Positions 13,381-26,033 of a stretch of DNA of 64,000 bases are shown here, piece by piece. The translations under genes were made by a program, and so were the position numbers. The notes beneath the pieces are model-generated. The model was not told where the DNA came from, made no database searches, and saw nothing but the letters and a program-made list of their open reading frames with translations. This stretch comes from Carcharhinus longimanus. Its lineage: Eukaryota. The stretch covers positions 64,086,403 to 64,150,402 of the forward strand of contig JASCQW010000132.1 of the NCBI GenBank assembly GCA_030264375.1, given 5' to 3'. Every line of letters begins with the position of its first letter. Position 1 is the first letter of the stretch.

Positions 13381-14995
13381 GAGCAGAATTTTGCACTGGG
13401 AATGGAATCCTGCCCCCTCAGCCGAGAAATTCTTACCTCCTTCATCTTATGGACTTTAACACAATCTGCCAAGTACTCTATTTCTCTGCTGTAGATATAA
13501 AGCCTGTGTCAAACCTAAAATAAAATTCAAACTTAACAAATTAAACACTACATAATGCACAGAAAATGAAATGAATCGCTCTTGTGCATTCCCTTCAAGC
13601 CTAACTTGTGGAAGATGATTATATAGAATCATATGAAGTTTGCAGCACAGAGACCATTTGGCCTATCATGTTGGCACAGGCTGAAAAACAAGCCACTCAG
13701 CTTAATTCCATTTGCCAGCATTTGGTTCATAACTTTGCAGATTACAGCACTTGAGGTGAGTTTTGCAGATACTTGGTTGGTTTACTCCGCTGCTATTTGA
13801 CAACCCATCAGGAAAATAGTCTGGCCTCTAAGAGCTGCTGTCCAATCAAACACACAGCAGCTCTTTAATTCCAGCAGCACTGTTGCTGGGTGTATACAGC
13901 AGTTAGGCCCCAATGAAGATGGTTGGTGGAGCCAGAAATGAAGATAAGTGGGGAAGATGGTCCCACTGGGGCTGGGCTGGCAGGAAAATTAAGTTCCGCA
14001 CACATGAGGACAGTCTCAACAAGGATCTTGGGTTCATGTCACACTATCTGTAACCCCCATGGTTTGCCTGGGTTTGCAAAACCTCATAACTATCCTGGCT
14101 GGAGACAATACACATCTCTTTAACTGTGATTAACCCTCTCTCCTCTCACATTGTCTGTACCTTTAAGACTTGATTACCTGTAAAAACTCGCATTCCAATC
14201 ATATTAAACACTGATAAAGCTCCGGGGCCTGATGGCATTTATCCCAGGCTGCTTACGGGGGTGAGAGATGAAATTGCTGGGCCTCTGACGCAAATCTTTG
14301 TCTCTTCTTTGGACACAGGTGAGGTCCCAGAGGACTNNNNNNNNNNNNNNNNNNNNNNNNNNNNNNNNNNNNNNNNNNNNNNNNNNNNNNNNNNNNNNNN
14401 NNNNNNNNNNNNNNNNNNNNNNNNNNNNNNNNNNNNAGCCACTTTAGGACTTGAACAGCAGGTTAGGTGTAAAGATTCGCATTCTAATCAGTAATCTGTA
14501 AACTGTCTGTGCTCTATATGCTCTGTCTGAGGCCAGAACTCTCCATTCACCTGACGAAGGGACTAACCCCGAAAGTTAGTGAGTGTACTATCAAATAAAT
14601 CGGTTGGACTTAAACCTGGTGTTGTCAGACTTTTTACTACAGGAAAATTAAATGCAGGGCTGAGATACCTTAAGGGAATGCCTTCAAAGGACACAGGGCA
14701 CCAAAGGAGGTACCCTCCACCCCCTTTCTCAGCCATTAGCCCAAGCAGTGATAGCTGCCAGACTGAATGTCTGGCTTAGGCCTTTCCCACTGAAGGTCAA
14801 ACCCCAGCAGCAGCAGCAGGAGGACCCCTTTAAGTAACCACTTAAAGGCCTCAGTTCGGCACCTCTCTTGTCACTGGTAAAATTGCAGTGGAAATAGTGG
14901 CAGGCAGGTAGATGCCAGGAACAGTGCTCATGATTTGACATCCAATTTTATGGCACCCACCCAACACTCCCCCAGAGAGCTATAAAATCCACGCC
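13381..14995. mobile_element. PIF/Harbinger-type non-autonomous element with TTA TSD, carrying nested Penelope/CR1 pieces and duplicated segments
   Basis: TTA at 13378-13380 and 14996-14998; imperfect TIRs gagcagaatttt / aaaatccacgcc. Confidence 0.65.
14115..14640 (+). mobile_element. Penelope-like pseudo-LTR fragments around a CR1 RT piece (14210-14336) and an N gap
   Basis: cacctgacgaagggactaaccccgaaag...aaataaa.cggttggactt.aacctggtgttgt; CR1 peptide EIAGPLTQIF.SSL.TGEVPED. Confidence 0.7.
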
Positions 14996-15239
14996 TTAAA
15001 ATTATCTAGACCTCTCTAATATCGAGCGCTTCCTCTTACAACTGGACTCAGTAGTTGCAGTAAGTAATGACCAGTCTGCTTATTTCAACAAACTTTGTAT
15101 GAGAACAAACAGAAAGAATATTAATCAAGTTCTCTGCAATTACTTTTGGGATCTTTTAATAAAGGGAAAATAAACAAGTGCTACTTTAAGCATGCCGTTA
15201 ACTGAATGGGTTTGATAGAAAAATTCAGCCAAATATTAT

Positions 15240-15800
15240 ATAGGATCATATGAAGTTTACAGTACAGAGGCCACTCAGCCTATCATGTTGGCACTGGCCA
15301 AAAAGAAGACACTCAGCTTAATTCCACTTTCCAGCATTTAGTTCATAGCCTTGCAGATCATGGCACTTGAGGTGAGTTGAGTGTTTCTGTCTCAACTACC
15401 CTGAGTTCTGGATCATCACACCCCTCTGGGTGAAAAAATATTTCCTCAACCCCTCTTTAATCTTTCTGCCAATCACTTTAAATCTTTGTTCCTTGTCACT
15501 CTCCGTTAAAATGAAAAAGGCCCTTTCCTTCCACTCCATACAGGGTCTCACAATGTTGTACATCCCAAACAAATCTCCCCTTATCCACCTCTGCTCCAAG
15601 GAGAACAACCCCAGACTATCCAATCTTTCTTTATAGCTGCAATTTTCCAGTTCTGGTATCACCCTTGTAAATCTCTTCTGTACCCTCCTAGTAATCAGGC
15701 GACCAAATTTCACACAATACTCAAATTGTGGCCTAACTCATGTTTTATATCATTCCAACATAACCTCCCTACTCTTATATTCTATGCCTTGGCTAATAAA
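15240..15800 (-). mobile_element. CR1 LINE 3' fragment
   Basis: RVQKRFTRVIP.L...SYKERL..LGLFSLEQR..RGDL...FFTQR. Confidence 0.9.
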
Positions 15801-16573
15801 TGCCTTCTTTTATGTGCATAAATATTTACAGTTTTCAAAGCCTGCCTTCAGTATCTATTTTTGCAGTGAAAATATGCCACTCTGAAGCAAAAAAAATCAG
15901 ATTAAAACATATTGGACAAAAGAGCAGTAATCAAACGTTAAATGAAAATAAAGCATCGCTGTCACTTTCTACAATCCCAGAATGGTCACTCAAACATTTA
16001 TCATCATTTGTTTGTTGGAAAACCCAGCAAAAAACCTGGCAACAACCCGTTATACCAATTTGCATGCAGAGAGCAGAAAGATGATGATGATGACTGCCAA
16101 TACAATTACTTTGATGAGTGCAAATGGTAAGCAATCATCTCTTATGGATTATTTTCTTGCTTTATTAAGTCAGAAATGTCGGAGATAGGAACAGTAGGTG
16201 AAAACACCACTGGACACGTGGTCAGAATACCAGGTCACAGGAATGCCAACACAAGATCACAACAGGAATAAATACAGGTTTTATCCTAATGAGAGGCCTG
16301 TTGGCAACACTGATGAACAGTTGGTTCAAGAAATGTAACAAAATGATAATGAGAAGCATTTCGCCCACTGTTTGAAAATAGATGCTAAATTTCTGTGGCT
16401 CTGGGTACTTGCAGTGTATGTGCTTGCTCCCAAAGTAATGCAAATTATGGGATAATGAGGGCATAGACTTTTATCCAAAAGATTTCAATATTTACGGCAG
16501 AAGTGCACCAGACTCAAGTTAAACTAAAAGGTTTGGTGTTTTTGTACGTTTTTCTGTTCAGATATTAGCCTGA

Positions 16574-16912
16574 TCATAGAAACTCTACAGCGCAGAAAGA
16601 GGCCATTCAGCCCATCGCATCTGCACCAACTACAATCCCACCCAGGCCATACCCCCATATCCCTACACATTTACCTGCTAATCCCTCTAAACAATGCATC
16701 TCAGGACACTAAGGGGCAATTTTAGCATGGCCAATCAACCTAATCCACACATCTTTGGACTGTGGGAGGAAACCAAAGCATCCGGAGGAAACTCATGCAG
16801 ACACGAGGAGAATGTGCCAACTCCACACAGACAGTGACCCAAGCCGGGAATCGAACCCAGGACCTTGAAGCTGTGAAGCAGCAGTGCTGACCACTGTGCT
16901 ACCGTGCTGCCC
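16574..16912 (-). mobile_element. HE1-like tRNA SINE, near full length
   Basis: Reverse complement of gggcagcacggtagcacagtgg...ggttcgattcccggcttggg head with CR1-type tail. Confidence 0.9.
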
Positions 16913-17379
16913 ATTTAGCTTGATCTTGGTGGTATTGACTGAAGTAGCACAAGAGATCGTAGAATTTAAAACTCATGTGAGTTATGCCCATGACCAGTTT
17001 CAATAAGTGTGTGCCACTTGAGGAACTTTGGCTCAGAGCTGGTGAAATGATGCACCAGAGAGGATGAAAGTTACCTATAGAAGTTATTTCAGGAAGTAGT
17101 CACACCCTCAGGTTAACTATGTTAGATTGAATTGTGGTCAGGACAAAAGGGTGTGACTAGAATTGAGTGGGTACAGGGATTAAGAAGGCATGAGCCTCTT
17201 AATCACTTGTTTAACAGGTTTGAGGCTCATGCAGCTTGTGTGAACTAATTCTAATAATTTTAAATTTAATTTTGATTGGATGAATCTAATTGCTGAAGGC
17301 AGCCTTGAGGGTGAGATCATAGAGTACATTCTGAAATGAACCACAAAGGTAATAAACAAGGGGCATAGGGTAAATAATG

Positions 17380-18110
17380 ATTTGAACATTCATGGAGTAA
17401 TATCCCTTCCTATTGACAAAGATTGCCGGCTGGTCGATGGGTATGATGCAATCAATGGCTCCCTGGATGTGAGAGAATCCTGCAATTGTGGTTAATATTC
17501 TGGCTCATTCAACCTGGCTGGCTTGGCTTGAAATGAATGAATATTCTTAANNNNNNNNNNNNNNNNNNNNNNNNNNNNNNNNNNNNNNNNNNNNNNNNNN
17601 NNNNNNNNNNNNNNNNNNNNNNNNNNNNNNNNNNNNNNNNNNNNNNNNNNTAACCACCTAAAAATAGCGTCAATCACCAGTGTGACAGAGCTATGCACAT
17701 CTGACTGGGAAACTCCACAAAGATCACCCACTGACCCTTGGAAAGATCCAGAAATATGAATGTTAAGGGCTGCAAGGTACTTGAGAGTCACAGGCATTGT
17801 GCATTCACCCATACAGCTGGAGGCTATCTCCTGCCAAATGAATGTGATGGTGTCCCTTGAAAAGCAAAGCCTCATGCCGCATTGGACTTTGATATTTCAA
17901 GGTAATTTGGTCTCTGTTTGTACACTCTGGAAGCTGAATTCACAACACCATCTTCCTTGCCCAACTTGTTGGCTCTAAACATTCTTTGTCTGCTCTTCCT
18001 CTGAGATGATGTTTGTGACTACCTGGCCCCCTCTCTCACTTTAGCCCATGTCTTCCTCCTCAGAGGAGGTGATTATTTGTTTAAAGAGCTCAGACATAGG
18101 ATTCTGAGGA
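17380..18110 (-). mobile_element. Decayed PIF/Harbinger transposase, N-terminal half
   Basis: PVTLK..AALN...SGSFQGSVGDLCGVSQ..VH..V..V.DA.F, then a GF..IQGAIDC-like segment near 17440-17490. Confidence 0.85.
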
Positions 18111-18244
18111 TGAAGTATTATGGTGATTTTTAGCAAATATGACATTAGAGTGAAAGACATTTTGCATCTGAATGTTGTCTGACCATTGACAGTCCCACAG
18201 GGTTTTGCAATGAAGTGTACCTTAAGTCTACTTTTTGCCGGCTT

Positions 18245-18751
18245 AGAGTCATAGAATTGTTTGGATTTACAGCATGGAGACAGGCCCTTTGGCCCAACTT
18301 GTCCATGCTGTCCTTTTTTTTAAAGCCCTAAGCTATTCCCAATTCTCTGCATTTGGCCCATATCACTCTATATCCATTGTACCCAGATAACTATCTAAAT
18401 TGTACCCGCCTCTACTACTACCTCTGGCAGATTGTTCAAGACATTCACCACCTCTGTGTGAAAAAATTGCCCCTCTGGACACTTCTGTATCTCTCCCCTT
18501 AAACCTATGCCCTCTAGTTTTAAACTCCCCTACCTTTTGGAAAAGATACTGACTATCTTGCTGATCTGTGCCCCTCATTATTTTATAAACCTCTATAAAA
18601 TCACCCCTCAGCCTCCTACGCTCCAGAGAAAAAAGCCCCAGTCTCTCCAGCCTCTCCTTATAATTCAATCCATCAAGTCCTGATAGCATCCTAGGACATC
18701 TTTTCTGCACTCTTTCTAGTTTAATAATATCGTTTTTATAATAGGATGACC
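18245..18751 (-). mobile_element. CR1 LINE 3' fragment
   Basis: YKERLERLGLFSLERRRLRGDFIEVYKIMRG...TRGHRFK. Confidence 0.92.
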
Positions 18752-19927
18752 NNNNNNNNNNNNNNNNNNNNNNNNNNNNNNNNNNNNNNNNNNNNNNNNN
18801 NNNNNNNNNNNNNNNNNNNNNNNNNNNNNNNNNNNNNNNNNNNNNNNNNNNAAATAGGATTACTAGTCTGCACTGGTCTCATATAGTCAAAAATGAAGTA
18901 CCAGTAAAAATTGGAAAATATGAGTACTGATCCAAACTGTTTTTTCCTAGTTCACTTACAACCTAAAAATATTACCACTGATGTTAATATTTACATTGCA
19001 ATCAGGATGACGCATTGCCAAGGCTTCTGCAGAAACAAACATTTTTGGTGGGTCTTTAGAGAAGACATTGCAGTAAGAAATGAAATAGTAATTTGTGACT
19101 TGCTAATTAATTGTCCTCATTCTATTATTCTGAATGTTGTGGAATCAACAGCATCAGAAGCTTAAGTGAACATTGAACACATTCCTCTTAAACTGATCCT
19201 ATAAAGTGTGTCAAAGTACCTTAGAATTTTTGCAGACCTCATCTTTACTTGCAAAGTCAAACTTTGTGATTATTTTTATTGCAATGCAATATTCTTCAAC
19301 ACTTCCCTGGAAATTTATGCCTTGTAGAATCTTGCAGCATCATGCCAAACTGAATGACAACAGTCAAGACTCAGGAAAGTCTGTGCATATGTGCTGCTGA
19401 AGCTTAACCAACTGAACCACATAGCCTGCCAGCTCAGATACTTATTTGTTCATCGAAGAACTCCCTATCATTTAGCACATTGCAGGACTATCTGGAGATA
19501 AGTGAGGGGAATCATAGATCCTGGATTTAGATCTGTACCTCTGGGCATCATGAATGAACTGCATTGATTGGTAAATCATTATCTCACCTTATTAATCTAC
19601 CTGGCAACAGGTATCGCATTACTGAATGTGACACAAAGAGTTCCAGTCTCCCATCAGTCCTGCCATGCTGGAGCCTCCTTTTTTTTTAAGTATTCTACCT
19701 CACTCTCTTCCAGCAAAGATAATGCTAGTTGGCCATTAGACAACTAACAAACATCACTGTGTTAGACAGTGGACTCTGGAAAACACTCTGGATTATTCCA
19801 TGACATAATTTCAATGTTACATATATTCCATAAGACATAATGGGCAATTGCCAGGTAACTGTGTATACTCCTCCATTATTGACTTTCCACTCTAGTTCAG
19901 TTTAAGGAAGGTCACCAACAGGGTCTT

Positions 19928-20295
19928 TTGATTTGATTTGATCTGATTTGATTTATTAGTGTCACATGTATTAGTATACAGTGAAAAGTATTGTTTCTTG
20001 TGTGGGAGACAGACAAAGCATAGTTCATAGAGCTGGAAAGGAGAGAGTGCAGAATGTATTGTTACAGTCACAGCTGGGATATAGAGAAAGATCATATTAG
20101 TGCAAGGTAGGTCCAGTCAAGAGTCTGGTGGCAGCAAAAAAGAAGCTGTTTTTAAATCTGTTGGAAGATTTAATGGAAGAAGGTGAAACAGTGTATGTTA
20201 TATTATGCTGGCTGCTTTCTCGAGGCAGCGGGAAATGTAGATGGAATCAATGGATGGGAGGCTGGTTTGTGTGGTGGACTGGACTACATTTACTA
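19928..20295 (-). mobile_element. Rex1/Babar-like LINE 3' end
   Basis: (gattt)n tail and family 3' UTR shared with the 42388 copy. Confidence 0.75.
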
Positions 20296-21196
20296 CCATT
20301 ATTAATTGTCATTATCAATGAGGAAGTTACCTAGACTTTATTTGAATAGGGGAAAAAAGTGGCTGTCATTTTGCCAAGAGGTGGATCAGCTTTAACGAGA
20401 TAACTTTAGTTGGGGCCAGTAGGGTCCTCAGTCAATCTTTGTGCCCAAGTTAGTGTAGGAAAACTTAACCACAGTTCCCCCTCCTCTCCATCCACTGACA
20501 CCTGCAGAAAGGTGTGTACATGTGCTCATATATATGTTTGTAGATTTGGGATGTGAACAAGACCACTTTTAGCTCTAATTCCCTTCCGGACTAGAAATAA
20601 CACAAGCAATACTTATTGCCAAGGCTTGCACATGAATAATAGGCACAAAATGAGGGATGTGGACATGCCCAATTCCTCCTGAACAATCTTCAACAACATC
20701 AGGAGGGAAGCTGAGACCAAGGGAAAACTTGGCAACCAACAGAAAACTTCTGCTTGCAAATGGAACTTGTGCTCAGTTCCATGAAATACAGCTGATTGAT
20801 TTTGCGGATGCTGACATATATGTATTGTATTTTAACACTACTATCCCTAAAGGAATCTTGAATATAGTTTCCAGTTACTGAGCAATCGCAGCTCAAATAA
20901 TGAAACCCAAGAATAAGTGACAAATCTCCATCTTCATAATAATCCACACTCTGAATCATGAAAGAAATAAGAAAGGCAAAACACAAAGGGAAAACAATGT
21001 TATGGCAACTGAGAAATCAGAGTACTAATCACATGTAAGGTTAATGATACTGCTGCTCAGCCAATCAGCACCATTCAGTATTCTTCCTGTTTCACAGCTA
21101 TTTATAAGGCAGAATATATAAAACAAACTCCAGTTAACACATTTACATGGGCTTTGATTTTAATTAGCTTGTTGGAGAGGGAAAGCTGCACACATG

Positions 21197-22050
21197 GGCT
21201 GCGATTCTCCCATCCCACTGCAGGAGGATCTCATGGCGGGTAATGTGCGGCACTTGTGCATGCATCACCCAGCACCGGATTTCCAGTGGCATCTGCTCCA
21301 CGCCAGAAATTGGCAGGGAGGCATGGAAGTAATTTAAATATTACTTTAAATGTGATTTAAATATGATTAGCTGGCCTGTGACTGGTGCCCCCTGGGCATT
21401 GGCAGCCTGGCAGTGCCAGCCTGGATCCCCTAGCACTGCCAAAGAGGCAAAGTGCCTATGCCCAGGGGCACATTGGCATTGCCCAGTTGGCCATTGGGCA
21501 GTGCCAAGGGGATGGAGCATATAAGGATAGGGCTTGGTGGGACAGGGCCTTGGGGGGAAATCAGTGAGGGTGGGGGGTCATGCTGCTACTCTGCAGTCGG
21601 AAATGATGAGGGAAGGAGGAAGGCCAGTGACCTGGTGGGTTGTGACTGCGGGAAGGGAGGTTTGGAGATTGGACGGTTGGGACTGGGCCCGGGAGTAGCT
21701 GGGGTGGGCCACGATCAGGCTGTGGGGTGTGGGGGCAGTGGGTGCGGAGAGGCAGAGGGCCAGCAATGTGGGGGTTGTGGGGATGACCTGAGATCAAGCT
21801 GGGCAGCAGTAGGGAGGCTGGCAGTGTGGGGCCACTGCACATGTGCTGGTCTCGACACTAACAGCGGCATTGAACGCACCCTCTCCAGTGGGGATAGGCC
21901 CAGGCCTCTATTTTTTAATGATATTCACGTTGGTGGCCTCTGCAGTGTAGAGTGGGAGATTCTTCTTTGAACTCCCACTGAAAAAAACATTGTGAATTAC
22001 TCCAGTTTCCGTGTGAATTCGACACTTCGAATTTTTTGAGGAGCGTTCTG
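21197..22050. mobile_element. GC-rich Harbinger-type non-autonomous element
   Basis: Begins gggctgcgattctccc; GC-rich body in an AT-rich background; degraded right end. Confidence 0.6.
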
Positions 22051-23979
22051 GACACAGTATTTGAAAAGAAACATAAACCACAGAATAAATTGCAGTGAAC
22101 TTTGTTTCAGCAGATTATTGAAGTTTAAGTATTTTTTATTAACTAAAACCTCTCATGAGCTATCAACTATTAGTTTTTCCTTAGGACTGATTGGAAAATG
22201 CTGTTGTGCTAGTGACATAAGTAAATGTCAAGATTATTGCATAGCAACCATTTACTGCAGAGTCCTTGAATTTGTAGAACAGAGGGAAGCTGAGGCCATT
22301 TCAAGACCTTTTTGGAGCGGAGTGCTTTTTCCATCTTGAGAGCTTAATTGAAATAAAATACTACTTGCTACTTACCTAGATCAAGAGAATTTGATTGCTT
22401 GATAAGCCAATTTTAAGGAAAGGAAAAAGGTGACCAAATTTTCCATCTTGATCCTAGAATTTAGAGTTTGAGGTTTGCCACAACACTTATCAGTGTGCTG
22501 ATATAGGAACGTTTCTCAAACTATTAAAGTCATGTGAATGCATTCATGTTTGGGCAAACAGTGAACAAAAGCTGATAACAACATCAGTTCTGTCCCTACA
22601 TTGGGTGGCTTAATTGTTTGCATTTGGAAGAAATGCCAAGTTTGAAAGCAAGCACTTAACTGGATTTTGTCCAATGGGTGACTTTTGCCAACTCTTGGCC
22701 GAGCTGTTTGAGTCAACAATTGCGTGTAAGCGAAAGTAAAACTTTTTTGTGTGGCAGTGGGACAGATTGCTGTCAGGATTTCACATATGCAAATGTCCTG
22801 TTGACAAAAGCTTGATGTATTAGTACTGGCACTGACTCTTCCTTCTTCCCAGAGGAGAAAAGGATATTGTGGAGACAGGAAAAGTAATTTGGAGGTGATG
22901 GATGAGTGGCTTTTATTTCTCCATTAGATTTCAAATTGGCAAAGAACATATAGTAGTTTATTATTTTAGGAAAACAAAAATTACTGAGAAAAATGGATAA
23001 TCAAAATATTTCCCCAATATAAAGACAACATATGAGATGTTCTTGGAAATTGGAAAAGACCTGAATGTTGTTTTCAATACTAGATTACAGAACACTCTGA
23101 AACTCCAGAAACTCACCTTCTTCTTGTTGATTTTCACAGGTTAAAACGACTCCCTATGTGACTAATACAACAACATCCAGGGGAAAACTGGATGGATTGC
23201 ATCCCCACTCAATTATATTTGTCATTAACTTCACAATGGTCTTCTTCTTGCTCTAAGTTTCACTGATGCTATGATTTTGACATTGAAAGTAGTGCTGGGA
23301 ATAGGGGCTTTTGTCCGTACCATGGAGATGAGCAGCCCATTAAGATGGTGTGGAAATTAGTCACATTAGTTACCATAGGGGTGACTTTGTGGCCTTGCCA
23401 ACATTTTGCTGCTGGTGGAGCTTCTCTCCCATCCCACCAACTCAATGGTAGTAGCTTTCCTGCAGTAGGCTGTGAACTGTCAGAGCCACAGACTTTATGC
23501 CCTCATGACATGGCTATGGGCTGAAAAGGCAGTACCTGTGATCCAGACTATTCCTCTGGGGGGTTTTCCTCTCCAAACTGAGATGCATTGTGGCTTCATC
23601 CCTCGTATTTTTGATTTGGATCCTGCATTCCTGACCTATCTCAACGGCACTCACCTTGCCTGACGGAACGATTGAGACTCCAGGGCTGACAGCCATTGGG
23701 AACTCATCCACCACCCTTTTTAGACAAGCAAGGCCAGAGGCAACTATAGAGGCCACCTCCGAGAAGAGTCTGTTATCATCTTGCTCCTGCCAAGTGGCCC
23801 TGAAGTCAAGGCCCCAAAGGTAGTGTGACCAAACCAATTTAGAATTATCAGTTGGGTTCACAATGTGACTGACTTGTGGAAAGCTATATATGCCATGTAA
23901 GGTGGTCCACACTNNNNNNNNNATTTTAGTGGAATTAGTTTGCCTGCTTAACTTGACAATTTTTAAAGGCCAACACATA

Positions 23980-25170
23980 AGGTGGAATTGTCCCAGAATT
24001 CAGCAAAATCTGATACTGGGTGGGGTAAATAGCAGGTAACTTGCCAATGGCAATGTGGTTTTTTGTGCCTTTTGTGTGCTACTTAGTGCAAAAAATTGAG
24101 GCCTGGGTTTGATGTTGGACTGCTGGTGGGGTAGCCTCTGATACAACCACAAGTTGATCTGATACAAGTATAGGAAGCTAGTAGGATCTGATGGTTGCCA
24201 AAGGGAGGAAACATACTGCCCTCAAATTTAGCGACTCCTTTCTTGACCACCACACAGTGGACGTCTGGTGTGATGTCCCATCCCCTTGCTTTGGGTGAAG
24301 AACAGCAATCAAGGTGACAAATCCAGCATAGCAGCTGGTGGCAATGCTGGTAAGCAACAGCACCCTCCCAAAGAGGACTGCCACCCAGTGTCAAAAGAGG
24401 ATGAATAATCTCCTCTGTTCCATTTGGATTACTCTTCTCATCCTTCCCAACTCACAACTCACACATCTGTAGGAATTTCACCCACTGACAACTCAAAGCA
24501 CATCGCCATTCATTCTGTCAGTCAGATCTTCATGTGCCCTGTGGATTGTGTCCTCATCCAGTTGGTGGATCTACTCATCACTTGCAAGTGCTGGGCATCT
24601 TTCTCACCTGGCCTGGCAAGCACCCAGATACTCTCCATCTGCCTTCATGCAAGAAAAGCTGGCACACAGAAAGAGGTTATAGACAGGTGTAGGAACACCT
24701 GACATTCATGACCTTGTGGACTTTAAGAATCAAGCCATCCACCTGGCTGGTGACAATGGGGAATATTGCTGTGTTGATGATGAGGTCAGTGATGAGGATC
24801 CAACAGTGCAATATCCACAAAACAACCATGCTGTGAGTGAAGTTCCCTGTTCTGCAGTGCCTGCCATGCAATAATTACCTCTCCTTATTTTTGCAGGCAC
24901 ATCTGGGAAGCAGCTGAGGATAGCCACAGGCCAGGCCATTGACTCCAGACCTGAAGAGACCTTGAATGGGGACACTGAGCGTACCCACATTAAAGACTCA
25001 TTCACAAACTCCACCGGCACAGAGAGACACACATCGATGGGATCGAGCACTAGAGTAGTTTTGGGTGAGCACATCAGACTGTCTGATCCATAGCCGGCAG
25101 AGGCAGGGACTTTCCAAATTCCTGGCACCCCAAGAACCGCTAGACGCATAATTTGCTGAATCCAAGTAAA
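23980..25170 (+). mobile_element. PIF/Harbinger element with decayed Myb/SANT-like ORF (~24215-24420); right part probably resumes at ~27590-28077
   Basis: Degenerate (frameshifted) translation KFSDSFLDH...KRTATQCQKRMNNLL; terminal-like ends ggtggaattgtccc and gaaaatcctggcc. Confidence 0.65.
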
Positions 25171-25243
25171 ATGACCATAAATGACCATCTGTCAATTTTT
25201 TGTCCACTCACTTAAACTGTCTATATTTTTCTGTAGACTCTTT

Positions 25244-26033
25244 GGGCCCAATTTTACCATTGTTGAAAACTTGGTAAAGTTGGACGTGAGGCGACTGGTG
25301 TGATCTGCGCCCGCCTCCATGCCAGTTCCCCCTTTACCAAGGTCCGAAAATGCAATTGGGACAGTGCCCGGAATGGGTGCGACAGTCATCTAATGCATTT
25401 GCATGCATTTAAATCAACTTAATGGGCTGCACACCCAATTTTACCAGCACTTCCCTCTTTACCACTGCGTTTGCTGATCCAGAATCAGCATGAAGCAGAC
25501 ATGCTCTACAGAAGTCTGATTCAGGTGCTCCAGTTAGTGAGGAGGTAAGTGCCAAGCATGCGTCGGTTCTCTGCTTGAGATTGGTGGAGTGAGAGGCGGG
25601 GTGTGCTGCCACTCTGCCTGAAATCAGTAGAGGAGAAAGAGGGGTCCACTGCCATTCTGCCTGAGATAAGTATGGGGGAGGGTCCCTGATCAGACTGAAG
25701 GGCCCCTGATCAGACTGGGTGGTGGGGGGTGGGAGGATAAGGGATCAGTAATGTTGTGGGGTTGGGATAATGTCTGTGGGGGTCAGGGGGAGGCATTACC
25801 CAGAGCAAGAGGGATGTGGCACGGGAGCAGCATTCTATCATATCTTTTTGCACATGTTGTAGGCTCCAATCAGAGCTGCAGGTCTTTGGTGCATTAAGCC
25901 CCGCGCACAGGCTTGTGCAGCGCGATTCAGATTTGCTGATATTTTTGCCGGCAGAGTGTGTATGGGGTGCCTGAGAATGGGTCTAAGTTTCAAGTTTGCC
26001 CAACACTTAGAACCAAATGGTAAAATAGGGTCC
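25244..26033. mobile_element. Harbinger-type MITE with 18-bp TIRs and 3-bp TSD
   Basis: Left gggcccaattttaccatt vs right reverse complement ggaccctattttaccatt (16/18); TTT on both sides; splits contiguous CR1 sequence. Confidence 0.85.

Larger units (their letters stand above)
8331..23256 (+). pseudogene. Probable decayed multi-exon gene for an unidentified Cys-rich protein with GPI-signal-like C-terminus; candidate exons 8331-8420, 8626-8781, 13369-13380+14999-15059, 15981-16126, 19006-19072, (19486-19570), 22631-22735, 22853-22883, 23140-23256
   Basis: AG/GT-bounded segments (donors GTAAGT, GTGAGT, GTAAGT, GTAAGC, GTAAGA) with compatible phases; in-frame stops at 8353, 8666, 8768 and at the Harbinger target site; last exon VKTTPYVTNTTTSRGKLDGLHPHSIIFVINFTMVFFLL*. 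Confidence 0.5.

Noticed and set aside
14665-14710. FKGHR peptide resembling POC1 exon 2
   Set aside because: Lies inside a Harbinger-type element, upstream of the putative first exon, with no EDP.LER context or splice sites
16820-16912. tRNA-like sequence (A/B boxes)
   Set aside because: SINE head, not a tRNA gene; the same holds for the other SINE copies
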